DNA of 64,000 nucleotides from Bacteroidota bacterium (GTDB taxonomy: Bacteria > Bacteroidota > Bacteroidia > Palsa-948), in the NCBI GenBank assembly GCA_016213435.1, contig JACRAL010000093.1, forward strand, positions 13,670 to 77,669, in the 5' to 3' direction. Shown in pieces: positions 39,679 through 49,334 of this stretch; position 1 is the first letter of the stretch, and every line of letters starts with the position of its first letter. A program made the translations under genes and the position numbers. The notes beneath the pieces are model-generated. The model did not search any database, was not told the origin of the DNA, and worked only from the letters and a program-made list of their open reading frames with translations.

Positions 39679-39776
39679 CCCGAACAAATAAAGGTACCGT
39701 TCCTATGAAACCTTGAACTGTTCTTGTTCAACTTTGAGTAGCTCCTGTGTAACCTTAAGCAGACACTATGCACACC
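39679..39776. repeat. Second copy of the minisatellite leader plus about 4 repeat units
   Basis: See 32560..32637. Overlaps the 3' end of the cyclase gene. Confidence 0.75.
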
Positions 39777-41607
39777 CCTCCGCAATTAACACCCGATTCA
39801 ATCTTTCCAATTGTTTTTGTTTTTCCGGCTCACGCAGCTTCCTTGCAGTCTTGGTAAAATATGTATGCTCGCCCAAAAACTTTATCTGCATCCGGCTCCA
39901 TTGCTTTTCGTCAAGAGGTGTTCCGTTGGCATTTAATTCATCAAACAAGGTTTTTCCGATGGAAGAGAAATCGGTTCTGCCAAGGTAATCCAGATCGGCA
40001 TCCACAAGAATTTCTTCCAGTATATTTTTAGGAGACTGAGGGATTTTTGTTGCCATGATCATTCCGCAGATACCTTCTATTTCCTCAGAAGAATAGTTGA
40101 ACTTCGGTAGAATCTCACGGGCTATTTCACAGCCGATCACTTCGTTTTTCCAATACTGCTTAATAAAACCCGAATCATGAAACAGCGCTGCCACTTTCAC
40201 CAGTTCTGTTTTTTCCTTGCCGATGTTTTCTTTTAATGCCAATACGGAAGCTGCATCGCAAACATCCAGGGTGTGATGCAAGCCATGATAGTAAAGTTTC
40301 CCGGGCAGTTCTTTTTCCAGTTTGTCAAGGATATATTTTTTAACCAGAAGAAATCGTTCCGATGTTTTTTCGCTTGTCACAAAATACATATCCATATCGC
40401 CCATTCCCTTGGCGGCAAGTTTCCCGCGATACTCGCAATCAAAATGATCTTTTATAATCCGGTATGTTTCTTCCGAAACATTTACTTTGCCGGGCATACC
40501 GCTGCTTTCCATCCGCGAAGCAGTGTTAACGGTATCGCCCCAAACATCGTACGTAAATTTTTTAGTGCCCACCACTCCGGCTACTAAGGGGCCTGAATGA
40601 ATACCAACGCGCATTTCCCAAGCAATGTCAGATCTTCCTTTTCGCTTCTCGAGGAAATCGATCATCTCAAATGCCGCCCGAATGCATTGTATAGCATGTG
40701 TACCTGACTCTTTGGGAAGTCCGCATACAGCCATGTAGGAATCGCCAATGGTTTTTATTTTTTCAATATCATACTTTTCCATGATATGATCAAAGGCTTT
40801 GAAAATATCATTGAGTTCATTCACCAATTTCTGCGGAGAAATTTTTGCCGATGTGGCAGTAAATTCTTTAAAGTCAGTGAACAGAATAGTGGATTCATTG
40901 TAGCGCAAGGGTGTAATAAATCCTTTTTGCTTCAATTCTTCAGCTACTTCTTCCGGAAGGATATTGTGGAGCAGCCGCTCCGACTCTTCCTTTTCCGCAC
41001 GCAATTCCTTGGTTCGTTCCTGCACTAATTTTTCCAGTATCTCATTTTGCTTTTCCATTAACTCCCTGCGTTCCTGTTCCTGTTTAAACAGCTCTTTTGC
41101 CAGGCGCTGGTTTTCTATCGAGCTCACAGAAATATTGGTAAGTAATTGCAAAAAATTTAAGTGCTTAATAATATGGCTCACGTTAAGTTCATCATTGCTG
41201 ACATCGCCCAACAACAAATATGCAAGTGGCTTGTCCCCATGATACACTGGAACCACCATGTCAAAATATTTCAAGGAATCATTCTGATGAGAAGTGACTG
41301 AAGTAATTTCTTTCAGATGGATCAGATCGCGCTCCACATCAATTTCACCTAATTCCCCATCCATGAGTCCATGGGATAGCACACATCGCCACTGAGAGGA
41401 TTTGCTGAACAAAGCAAATTTCTCAATCTTTAAATGTTCTTTTAAGAAGCGTTTGAATTTTTCAAGTATGGTTTGCGTGGAAAAATTATGATTGATGGCG
41501 TTAGTAATATCAAGCAATACATCCAGCTGCAGTTCTTTAATTGTAAGCTTGCTTTTATAGCGCTCAATCTTTTTTCCGACAATATCTTTTATTTCAAATT
41601 TGTCCAT
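39766..41607 (-). CDS. GAF / class III adenylate-guanylate cyclase / HD-domain fusion protein
   Basis: 613 aa. Cyclase core FTDFKEFT...GDSYMAVCGLP...VGIHSGPLVAGVVG. C-terminal HD motifs HGLHHTLDV and ALFHDSG. Confidence 0.75.
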   Translation of the reverse strand: MDKFEIKDIVGKKIERYKSKLTIKELQLDVLLDITNAINHNFSTQTILEKFKRFLKEHLKIEKFALFSKSSQWRCVLSHGLMDGELGEIDVERDLIHLKEITSVTSHQNDSLKYFDMVVPVYHGDKPLAYLLLGDVSNDELNVSHIIKHLNFLQLLTNISVSSIENQRLAKELFKQEQERRELMEKQNEILEKLVQERTKELRAEKEESERLLHNILPEEVAEELKQKGFITPLRYNESTILFTDFKEFTATSAKISPQKLVNELNDIFKAFDHIMEKYDIEKIKTIGDSYMAVCGLPKESGTHAIQCIRAAFEMIDFLEKRKGRSDIAWEMRVGIHSGPLVAGVVGTKKFTYDVWGDTVNTASRMESSGMPGKVNVSEETYRIIKDHFDCEYRGKLAAKGMGDMDMYFVTSEKTSERFLLVKKYILDKLEKELPGKLYYHGLHHTLDVCDAASVLALKENIGKEKTELVKVAALFHDSGFIKQYWKNEVIGCEIAREILPKFNYSSEEIEGICGMIMATKIPQSPKNILEEILVDADLDYLGRTDFSSIGKTLFDELNANGTPLDEKQWSRMQIKFLGEHTYFTKTARKLREPEKQKQLERLNRVLIAEGCA

Positions 41608-41639
41608 TCCATAGATAAAAAGATGTTACTACTCAGCTC

Positions 41640-41735
41640 CAAAATACAATGGAACGCAGATGACAGAGATTCAGCAGATACTCGCAGGTTTTATCAATAG
41701 AAATCATAATAATCAGCGTCATCAGCGTTCTATTC
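41640..41735. repeat. Palindromic repeat element (AAATACAATGGAACGCAGATGACA...GTCATCAGCGTTC)
   Basis: 13-bp arms are reverse complements with 1 mismatch. Same family as 44018..44125. Confidence 0.65.
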
Positions 41736-41760
41736 TTTTATCACTAAAGAGATTCAACCA

Positions 41761-43977
41761 TCAACTCTCCTGCAATGTCTTCAATTCCTTATCGCTTTGC
41801 CGCAAGCGGTTTGAGATAACGAATGCCAGTTTTTCAAAAAACTTTCCTGCAACTTCAGGATGTTTGGCTGCTATCTCATTAAATTTCTTGCGCGATAAAA
41901 CATACAGCGTGGAATCATCCAGTGAAAGAGCATCGGCAGAACGTTTCCGGAAGTCCAGAAACGACATATCACCAAAGAAACCTCCTTTAGGAATAGTGAC
42001 TAAATGATGAAAAATACCGTGAGCCAAAGGAAGTACAATTTTTACGTTTCCATTTCGGATAAAATAAATTTCGTCACCTTCGTCTTTAGTTTTAAATATC
42101 CGCTCATCTTTCTTGTAAGTTTTCTCCTCCAGGCTTGATGCAAATGTTTTCAAAGCTTCTTCAGAAAATCCGTTGAAGAATTCTATTTCACTAAGAGATA
42201 AAAGCCGGTTATCCGTTTTCACTTTTTCCTGAAGCAGAATATCATCTTCCACCCATTCCATCGCACTATCCAGCTCGTCAAAAAATTTAAGATTTGCTGT
42301 TTCGGCTAAGCCAAGATATTTCAGGTATTCTTTTACATTTTGTCCGGAAGGTAAACTAAGAGGAACAGAAGTGAAAATTAAAAAACCATTCTTCTCTTTT
42401 ATCCGTGCCAAAATTTGTTTCATGCGGTTTGCTGCGGTAAAATCCATCGAGAGCACCCTGCGCATATCCATTAATATGTATTTACAATCGCCCATTACCG
42501 GTTCAATTTCACTGAGAAGCTGATCTGCCGTTCCGAAAAAAAGTTGTCCCTGTAATTCAACAATGAGCGTGTGCTGTCCTTTGTCTTCCAGAATTTTTCG
42601 CTCGTTCTCAAGCCGACTTTTCTTTGAGAATTTCTGATTGCCAAATGCTTTTCTGCGAATCACCGAAGTGCGCATCTGTTCCCTCAGAAAAAGAATGATC
42701 GCCATGGCAATGCCTACGCCCGCTGCTGTAATCAAACTCATGCTCACTGCTGAAATCACTACGGCAAGAATCACCACAAAATCAAATACAGTGGAACTAT
42801 GTTTCAGCAGGGAGAAACTCTTAAAATCGATCATGCGTAGACCAACCACAATAAGTATTCCTGCCAACGCAGCATATGGAATCCATGCAACTAATTTTCC
42901 AAGCAGAAGCAAAACAAGCAAGGCAGCAATCCCGACAAAAACTCCGGACAGTTTTGTTTTTCCTCCGCTGGTAAGGTTAACGAGTGTGGGTCCCATAGTT
43001 CCGCCACCCGGAATACCGCAAAGCAGCGCAGAACCGATGTTTCCTATTCCCTGACCGACCAATTCCTTGTTTGAATTGTGCCGCGACAAAGTGAGTGCAT
43101 CCAGTATCACGCAGGTCTTCAATGTATCTATCGAAAGCAACACAGCCAAAGTGAAAACAGGTGCAATTATTAAATTGATATTATGAAAATCAAGAGTAGA
43201 AGCAAGTGTCCACTGATTGACAAACATCCCGTACAGATCAGAAAGAGATGCTGATATCGGTCCGATGATAAATGGATTATGATCCAGCAAAAGCAAGGAT
43301 GGATTTATTGCAGAAGCGCTGAAATAACAAACGACTCCGGCAAACAGCGCGATGATAGCCGCAGGAATTGCCTTAATTATTTTTGGTGCAAGGTACATCA
43401 CCACAATGGTTGCAACACCCACGCAGATGCTTTCCCACTTCCAATCCTGTATCATAAAAATTCCCTGCCATATTTTTATTTCTTTCGGAAGTCCTAAAAG
43501 TTTTGGCAATTGCCCTGTAAGAATTAAAACTCCTACACCACTAAGATAACCTGCAACTACAGGATAGGGAATGTATTTGATTACTTTTCCTCCACCGATC
43601 TTTCCAATGATCAGTTGCACCACTCCTGCAAACAACGACACAAGCGTGATATAAACCGGGATGACATCAGCCGGAATGCTATTCTTGCTTACCAATTCCG
43701 TTGCAAAAACGGCAAGCACTGCAGCAGCCGGAGCACAAGGCGCAGAAACTAAACTTTTGGTTCCGCCAATAAGAGAGGCGATCAGTCCAAGCGCAACAGT
43801 TCCCATGATTCCGCCAATGGCAGCTTTGCCTGAGAAAGCAGGACCCAATGGTGCGTAAATGATCAAGCCAAATGCAATGGCGGCAGGAAGCGCAACCAGC
43901 ATGGCGGTTGTTCCTCCGAGAACATCTCCCACAAAAGTTCCGGAAGATGATTTTTTTTCTTTGATAATTGTTTCCAT
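41761..43977 (-). CDS. SulP/SLC26-family anion transporter with a STAS domain and a C-terminal cyclic-nucleotide-binding domain
   Basis: Polytopic membrane domain, STAS, and a cyclic-nucleotide-binding domain (FGDMSFL...RSADA). The track ORF starts at 44046; the likely start METIIKEKK is at 43977. Confidence 0.75.
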   Translation of the reverse strand: METIIKEKKSSSGTFVGDVLGGTTAMLVALPAAIAFGLIIYAPLGPAFSGKAAIGGIMGTVALGLIASLIGGTKSLVSAPCAPAAAVLAVFATELVSKNSIPADVIPVYITLVSLFAGVVQLIIGKIGGGKVIKYIPYPVVAGYLSGVGVLILTGQLPKLLGLPKEIKIWQGIFMIQDWKWESICVGVATIVVMYLAPKIIKAIPAAIIALFAGVVCYFSASAINPSLLLLDHNPFIIGPISASLSDLYGMFVNQWTLASTLDFHNINLIIAPVFTLAVLLSIDTLKTCVILDALTLSRHNSNKELVGQGIGNIGSALLCGIPGGGTMGPTLVNLTSGGKTKLSGVFVGIAALLVLLLLGKLVAWIPYAALAGILIVVGLRMIDFKSFSLLKHSSTVFDFVVILAVVISAVSMSLITAAGVGIAMAIILFLREQMRTSVIRRKAFGNQKFSKKSRLENERKILEDKGQHTLIVELQGQLFFGTADQLLSEIEPVMGDCKYILMDMRRVLSMDFTAANRMKQILARIKEKNGFLIFTSVPLSLPSGQNVKEYLKYLGLAETANLKFFDELDSAMEWVEDDILLQEKVKTDNRLLSLSEIEFFNGFSEEALKTFASSLEEKTYKKDERIFKTKDEGDEIYFIRNGNVKIVLPLAHGIFHHLVTIPKGGFFGDMSFLDFRKRSADALSLDDSTLYVLSRKKFNEIAAKHPEVAGKFFEKLAFVISNRLRQSDKELKTLQES

Positions 43978-44006
43978 AGTGTTATTCTTTGGAATTATTT
44001 TAATAC

Positions 44007-44125
44007 AGGACTTACGCAAAGAAATACAATAGAACGCAGATGACACAGATTGTTATGATTCCCGCTGATTTAATCCGCGATTATCTGTTTAATCAGCGTC
44101 ATCTGCGTTCCATTACGTAAGTCCT
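44007..44125. repeat. About 120-bp nested hairpin element
   Basis: Outer arms AGGACTTACG (44007-16) and CGTAAGTCCT (44116-25). Inner arms GAACGCAGATGAC (44032-44) and GTCATCTGCGTTC (44098-110). Confidence 0.75.
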
Positions 44126-44145
44126 ATAATACTTAAAAGAACTGT

Positions 44146-46863
44146 TCAGGATAGAAACTTCTTCGCAGTTGCTATCGCCTTATCAAGACCATCCGCATTT
44201 GTTCCTCCCGCAGTAGCATAAAATGGCTGTCCGCCTCCACCGCCATTTATTTCTTTAGCAAGTTCTTTCACAATATTTCCGGCATGAAGTTTTTTGTCTT
44301 TCACAAGATTATCGGAGAGCATAACGGTAAGTTGCGGTTTTCCATTCACGATTGCGCCAAGAACAAGAAAAAGATTTTCAACTTCACCTTTTAGTCCAAA
44401 GGCAAGATTTTTTATTGCATCAGAAGAGTCTAGATCAATTGTTTTTGCTATAAAATTTATCGTGCCAGATGGTTTTACTCCTGCGGTCATATATCTTGTT
44501 TCTAATCTTTCTATTTTACTAAGAAGATCACTCCTGATATCGTTAGTCCTTTCATATAACCATACCGCTATCTGCCTTTGAAATTCAAAATTTTGTTTCT
44601 GCAAATCCTGAATAGCAGCAATAACATCTTTCGGATGCTTGAGCAATTCTTTTAATTCGTTCAGCGTTCCAATCTGACGATTGATATATTCTTCCGCTTT
44701 CAGGGCGGTTACCGCTTCTATCCTGCGGATACCAGCCGCTACCGCGCTTTCAGAAGTAATTTTAAAATACCCAATTTGTCCGGTTGCGGGAACATGAGTT
44801 CCTCCGCAAAGTTCTATAGAGTAATTTTTGTCGAAAGTTACCACGCGCACTGTGTCTCCGTATTTTTCTCCAAACAAAGCCATTGCACCCGATTTCTTTG
44901 CCTGTTCAATTGGCATTACTTGAGTATGTCCAGAAATATTTTCACGGATTTTTTCATTTACAATTGCTTCGATCTTCGCCAGTTCTTCATCCGTAACTTT
45001 TGAAAAATGTGAAAAGTCGAAGCGCAAATGCTCCTCATTCACCAGCGAACCTTTTTGCTCCACATGTTTTCCAAGCACATGCCGTAAAGCCGCATGAAGC
45101 AAATGCGTTGCAGTGTGGTTGTTCATTATAAGCTGACGTTTTAGCTTATCTACTTTTGCTATTGCCTTGTTATCATGTGGTAATCTAGGTTTTGTATCTA
45201 CAATATGAATAATCATTCCATCTTCCTTCTTTGTACCTAATACTTTTAACTCTTGCTTGTTTTCAGGAAATATAATACTACCTGTGTCGCCAATTTGTCC
45301 ACCGCTTTCGGCATAAAATGGTGTTACACCTAAACAAATTTGATATAAGTCCTTACCTTTAATATTTACCTTTCTATATCTTGCAATTATTGTTTCGTTT
45401 TCAAGTGTGTCATAACCAATAAATGCCCCACCAACGGAACGGACTACTAAATCCGTCCAGTCACTTTTATCCACTTTCGCGTCTTCACGCGAGCGGAACT
45501 TTTGTTTTCCAAGTTCAGCTTCAAACGCTTCCTCATCAATGCTCAGTCCATACTGGCGCGCAATGAGCGAAGTGAGATCCACCGGAAATCCGTATGTGTC
45601 ATAAAGTTCAAAAACGGTTTTCCCGTCAATTACTTTTTCTGTTTTTGAGTTTGACAAAGGAATACAAACTGCATCGATTTTTTTCAACCCTTGTTCCAGT
45701 GTGCGGAAGAAAGCGGTTTCTTCTTCCTTAATTACCTTCTCTGTAAAAAGTTTTTCCTTTTCTATTTCCGGAAAAAATGTTCCCATCTGATTGGCGAGAA
45801 CAGGAACGATTCGGTATAAAAATGGTTCTTTAATTCCGAGCGATTGGTAGCCGTAGCGGACTGCTCTGCGCAAAATTCTTCGTATTACATAACCCGCTCC
45901 TGTGTTAGAAGGAAGTTGTCCGTCTGCAATTGCAAATGAAATGGCGCGGATGTGATCGGCAATTACACGCATGGCAACATTTGTAATTTCTGCCTGAGGA
46001 TTGCTGTCCTCTCCATGATAACGCAGTCCGCACAAGTCTTCAATTCTACGAATGATGGGTTGAAAAACATCAGTGTCGTAAGTGGATTTTTTATTCTGAA
46101 GCACCATGCACAATCTTTCAAATCCCATTCCGGTATCCACATGCTGAGCTGGAAGTTTTACCAGCGAGCCATCTGCTTTGCGGTTGAACTCCATGAAAAC
46201 AAGATTCCACACTTCTATCACTTGAGGATTCCCTTTGTTCACCAATGTTTTTCCATCCACCTTTTCGCGCTCGCGATCATCACGCATGTCAACATGAATT
46301 TCAGAACATGGACCGCAGGGACCGGTTTCTCCCATCTCCCAGAAATTATCTTTTTTAGAACCATTAATTATTCGAGATGGATTAATATAATTTTTCCAGG
46401 CATCAGCCGCTTCCTGATCGAAAGGAATCACCTCACCCCCACCCCCTCTCCCAGAGGAGAGGGGAGAAGTTCCTTCGAAAACTGTAACATATAATCTGTC
46501 TGGGGAAATCTGATACACTCCTGTAAGAAGTTCCCATGCCCATTTGATCGCTTCCTTTTTAAAATAATTTCCAAAACTCCAGTTACCGAGCATTTCAAAC
46601 ATCGTGTGATGGTAAGTATCGATTCCAACTTCTTCCAAATCATTATGCTTGCCGGAAACACGGAGGCATTTTTGCGTATCAGCAACACGCGGATATTTTA
46701 TCTTAGCATTTCCAAGAAAAAGATCTTTGAACTGATTCATTCCGGCATTGGTGAACATCAGCGTTGGATCGTTCTTTATCACAAGTGGAGCCGATGGCAC
46801 GATCTCATGGTCTTTCCCTCGGAAATATTCCAGAAACTTTTCTCTAACCTTAGCTGATTTCAT
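44146..46863 (-). CDS. alaS: Alanine--tRNA ligase
   Basis: 905 aa with class II aminoacyl-tRNA synthetase motifs, the editing domain and a C-terminal DHHA1-like region. Contains the in-frame palindromic element at 46431-46466. Confidence 0.95.
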   Translation of the reverse strand: MKSAKVREKFLEYFRGKDHEIVPSAPLVIKNDPTLMFTNAGMNQFKDLFLGNAKIKYPRVADTQKCLRVSGKHNDLEEVGIDTYHHTMFEMLGNWSFGNYFKKEAIKWAWELLTGVYQISPDRLYVTVFEGTSPLSSGRGGGGEVIPFDQEAADAWKNYINPSRIINGSKKDNFWEMGETGPCGPCSEIHVDMRDDREREKVDGKTLVNKGNPQVIEVWNLVFMEFNRKADGSLVKLPAQHVDTGMGFERLCMVLQNKKSTYDTDVFQPIIRRIEDLCGLRYHGEDSNPQAEITNVAMRVIADHIRAISFAIADGQLPSNTGAGYVIRRILRRAVRYGYQSLGIKEPFLYRIVPVLANQMGTFFPEIEKEKLFTEKVIKEEETAFFRTLEQGLKKIDAVCIPLSNSKTEKVIDGKTVFELYDTYGFPVDLTSLIARQYGLSIDEEAFEAELGKQKFRSREDAKVDKSDWTDLVVRSVGGAFIGYDTLENETIIARYRKVNIKGKDLYQICLGVTPFYAESGGQIGDTGSIIFPENKQELKVLGTKKEDGMIIHIVDTKPRLPHDNKAIAKVDKLKRQLIMNNHTATHLLHAALRHVLGKHVEQKGSLVNEEHLRFDFSHFSKVTDEELAKIEAIVNEKIRENISGHTQVMPIEQAKKSGAMALFGEKYGDTVRVVTFDKNYSIELCGGTHVPATGQIGYFKITSESAVAAGIRRIEAVTALKAEEYINRQIGTLNELKELLKHPKDVIAAIQDLQKQNFEFQRQIAVWLYERTNDIRSDLLSKIERLETRYMTAGVKPSGTINFIAKTIDLDSSDAIKNLAFGLKGEVENLFLVLGAIVNGKPQLTVMLSDNLVKDKKLHAGNIVKELAKEINGGGGGQPFYATAGGTNADGLDKAIATAKKFLS
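46431..46466. repeat. GC-rich palindromic element copy, in frame in alaS
   Basis: CCTCACCCCCACCCCCTCTCCCAGAGGAGAGGGGAG; encodes SPLSSGRGGGGEV. Confidence 0.75.
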
Positions 46864-46949
46864 ACTGTTAATAATCCTGTTAATGTGTAAATCTTAGTAT
46901 AGTTGCAAAAATAGATTTTTTATCTAACTTTGTGTACTATTTTACAGGC

Positions 46950-47918
46950 ATGACCAAGATTAAGTATCGTTTCGACATCCATTCGCTGACTTACGAAAAA
47001 GTAGGCTTCAGTTGGAAGAAGATTGCGTTGAAGCTGCTTTCCTCTCTTGCTATAGGAATTGTTTTTGCCGGTGTTATCGTTTTTATCGCTTTCACGTATT
47101 TCGATTCTCCTAAAGAAAAAATTCAAAAGCGTGAAATCCAATGGATGACCTATCAGTATGATATCCTCAATAAAAAACTCGGACAGGTACAAACCGTACT
47201 TGGAGATATTCAGAAGCGTGATGATAATATTTACCGGATGATATTTGAGGCTGAACCCATTGCCGATGAAATCCGAAAAGCAGGATTTGGAGGGGTGGAC
47301 AGGTATAAAGAACTCGAAGGATTTGAAAACTCAAAACTCATTGTTGAAAGCACGAAGAAACTTGATCAGATATCCAAACAATTATATGTGCAGTCCAAGT
47401 CCTTTGACGATGTGGTAAAAATGGCAAAGAACAAAGAAGTGATGCTTGCATGCATTCCTGCTATTCAGCCGATTTCCGGAAAAGATCTGATGCACGAGCC
47501 ATCAGGATTCGGAATGAGAACCCATCCTATTTACAAGACATTGAAATTTCATGCCGGAATGGACTTTACTGCCAATATTGGCACTAAAATTTACGCAACA
47601 GGTGATGGCGTGATTGTAACGGCTGAATATGTATCCGGGTATGGAAATCATGTGGTAATTAATCATGGATATGGATATGAAACACTTTACGGACACATGG
47701 TAAAAATAGTTGCACGTGTTGGACAGAAAATAAAACGAGGCGAACTAATCGGATACGTAGGGAATACAGGACTTTCTGCCGGACCTCATGTGCATTATGA
47801 AGTTCATAAAAACGGCAATCCGATTAACCCAGTTAACTTCTACTACAATGATCTTACTCCTGCCGAGTACAAGCAGATGATCGAAGCATCATCACATCCT
47901 TCGCAGTCGTTCGACTAA
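46950..47918 (+). CDS. M23-family (LytM-like) metallopeptidase
   Basis: HAGMDF...GNHVVINHG...GPHVHYEV motifs and an N-terminal transmembrane segment. The track ORF begins at a GTG at 46932. Confidence 0.8.
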   Translation: MTKIKYRFDIHSLTYEKVGFSWKKIALKLLSSLAIGIVFAGVIVFIAFTYFDSPKEKIQKREIQWMTYQYDILNKKLGQVQTVLGDIQKRDDNIYRMIFEAEPIADEIRKAGFGGVDRYKELEGFENSKLIVESTKKLDQISKQLYVQSKSFDDVVKMAKNKEVMLACIPAIQPISGKDLMHEPSGFGMRTHPIYKTLKFHAGMDFTANIGTKIYATGDGVIVTAEYVSGYGNHVVINHGYGYETLYGHMVKIVARVGQKIKRGELIGYVGNTGLSAGPHVHYEVHKNGNPINPVNFYYNDLTPAEYKQMIEASSHPSQSFD

Positions 47919-47983
47919 CAACCTTCCGATATAAATATTTTACCCATCTTTGCGCCCCTGATTTTTCTCTTTTCAGAATTGAA

Positions 47984-49321
47984 ATGAAATCAAAAAAATA
48001 TATCGGTTTTTTCACAGCCACATCCATTGTCATTGCAAACATGATCGGCACCGGTGTTTTCACAAGCATGGGGTTTCAGGTAATGGGCATTCACTCCGGA
48101 TTTGCATTGTTGCTGCTTTGGGTGATTGGCGGAGTTGCCGCACTGACAGGCGCACTTTGTTACGGAGAATTAGGAGCTGCGCTTCCGCGTTCAGGAGGTG
48201 AGTATAATTTTCTTTCTCAGATTTATCATCCCACAGTGGGTTTTCTTTCGGGCTGGGTTTCTGCCACGGTGGGCTTTGCTGCTCCGGTTGCCGCTTCTGC
48301 CATCGCATTGGGGAGTTATCTCTCGCGGGTTTTTCCTTCATTCAACCCGATGTATGTTGCTTCTTGCATTGTAGTGCTGCTTACAGTTGTTCACGTCAGC
48401 AATGTAAAAACGGGAAGAGGAGTTCAAAATTTTCTTACCACCTTAAATGTAATAGTGATCTTCGGAATTATTGTTTTCGGAATTTTTTCTGCAAGAACCG
48501 GCAGTGTCCATTTCATGCCTGCTCAGGATGCAATAAAAGATATTTTGAGTCCTGCTTTTGGCGTAGCGCTTTTTTTTGTTTCGTTTGCCTATTCAGGATG
48601 GAATGCTTCCACCTATATTACAGGAGAGATCGACAATCCACAGAAAAATCTTCCCAAGTCGTTGTTCATCGGCACAATGCTGGTTTTGTTTTTATATGTG
48701 ATGTTGAACTTTATTTTCCTTTACACTGTTCCTTTAAGCGAGATGAAAGATGCAGGAGGTAATCCTGTTGTTGATATCGGTTCTGTGGCAGCTGTAAAAA
48801 TTTTCGGAGAAACAGGAGGAAAGGTTATAGCAGTCGTTATTTCCCTGCTCTTGCTTTCTTCTGTCAGTTCCATGATCATGGCAGGTCCTCGGGTTACGCA
48901 GGTAATGGGGGAAGATTTCCATTTGTTCCGTTTCTTTGCAAAGAAGAATAAAAACAATATTCCTTTCATTGCAATTTTAGCACAAAGCTGCATCACACTT
49001 TTTTTTATTTTCACATCCACATTTGAAGCCGTGATTACTTACATTGGATTTACCTTGAACCTGTTTACCTTTCTCTCCGTACTCGGGCTGTTTGTCCTCA
49101 GAATTAAAAAACCTGGCCTTTCCCGTCCATACAAAACATGGGGCTATCCCATAACACCAATAGTATTTTTATGCATGGGCGGATGGCTTTTGGTGTATGG
49201 ACTCATGTACAAGCAAACAGAATCACTGGCAGGATTGGCAACCGTGGGTATTGGCCTGAGCGTTTATTTTTTAGATCCTGCCCGCTTAGTACAAAATAAG
49301 GTTAATAAGACCGAAAAATAA
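47984..49321 (+). CDS. APC-superfamily amino acid / polyamine permease
   Basis: 445 aa with 12 predicted transmembrane helices and typical APC motifs. Confidence 0.8.
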   Translation: MKSKKYIGFFTATSIVIANMIGTGVFTSMGFQVMGIHSGFALLLLWVIGGVAALTGALCYGELGAALPRSGGEYNFLSQIYHPTVGFLSGWVSATVGFAAPVAASAIALGSYLSRVFPSFNPMYVASCIVVLLTVVHVSNVKTGRGVQNFLTTLNVIVIFGIIVFGIFSARTGSVHFMPAQDAIKDILSPAFGVALFFVSFAYSGWNASTYITGEIDNPQKNLPKSLFIGTMLVLFLYVMLNFIFLYTVPLSEMKDAGGNPVVDIGSVAAVKIFGETGGKVIAVVISLLLLSSVSSMIMAGPRVTQVMGEDFHLFRFFAKKNKNNIPFIAILAQSCITLFFIFTSTFEAVITYIGFTLNLFTFLSVLGLFVLRIKKPGLSRPYKTWGYPITPIVFLCMGGWLLVYGLMYKQTESLAGLATVGIGLSVYFLDPARLVQNKVNKTEK

Positions 49322-49334
49322 AACCATACAATTT

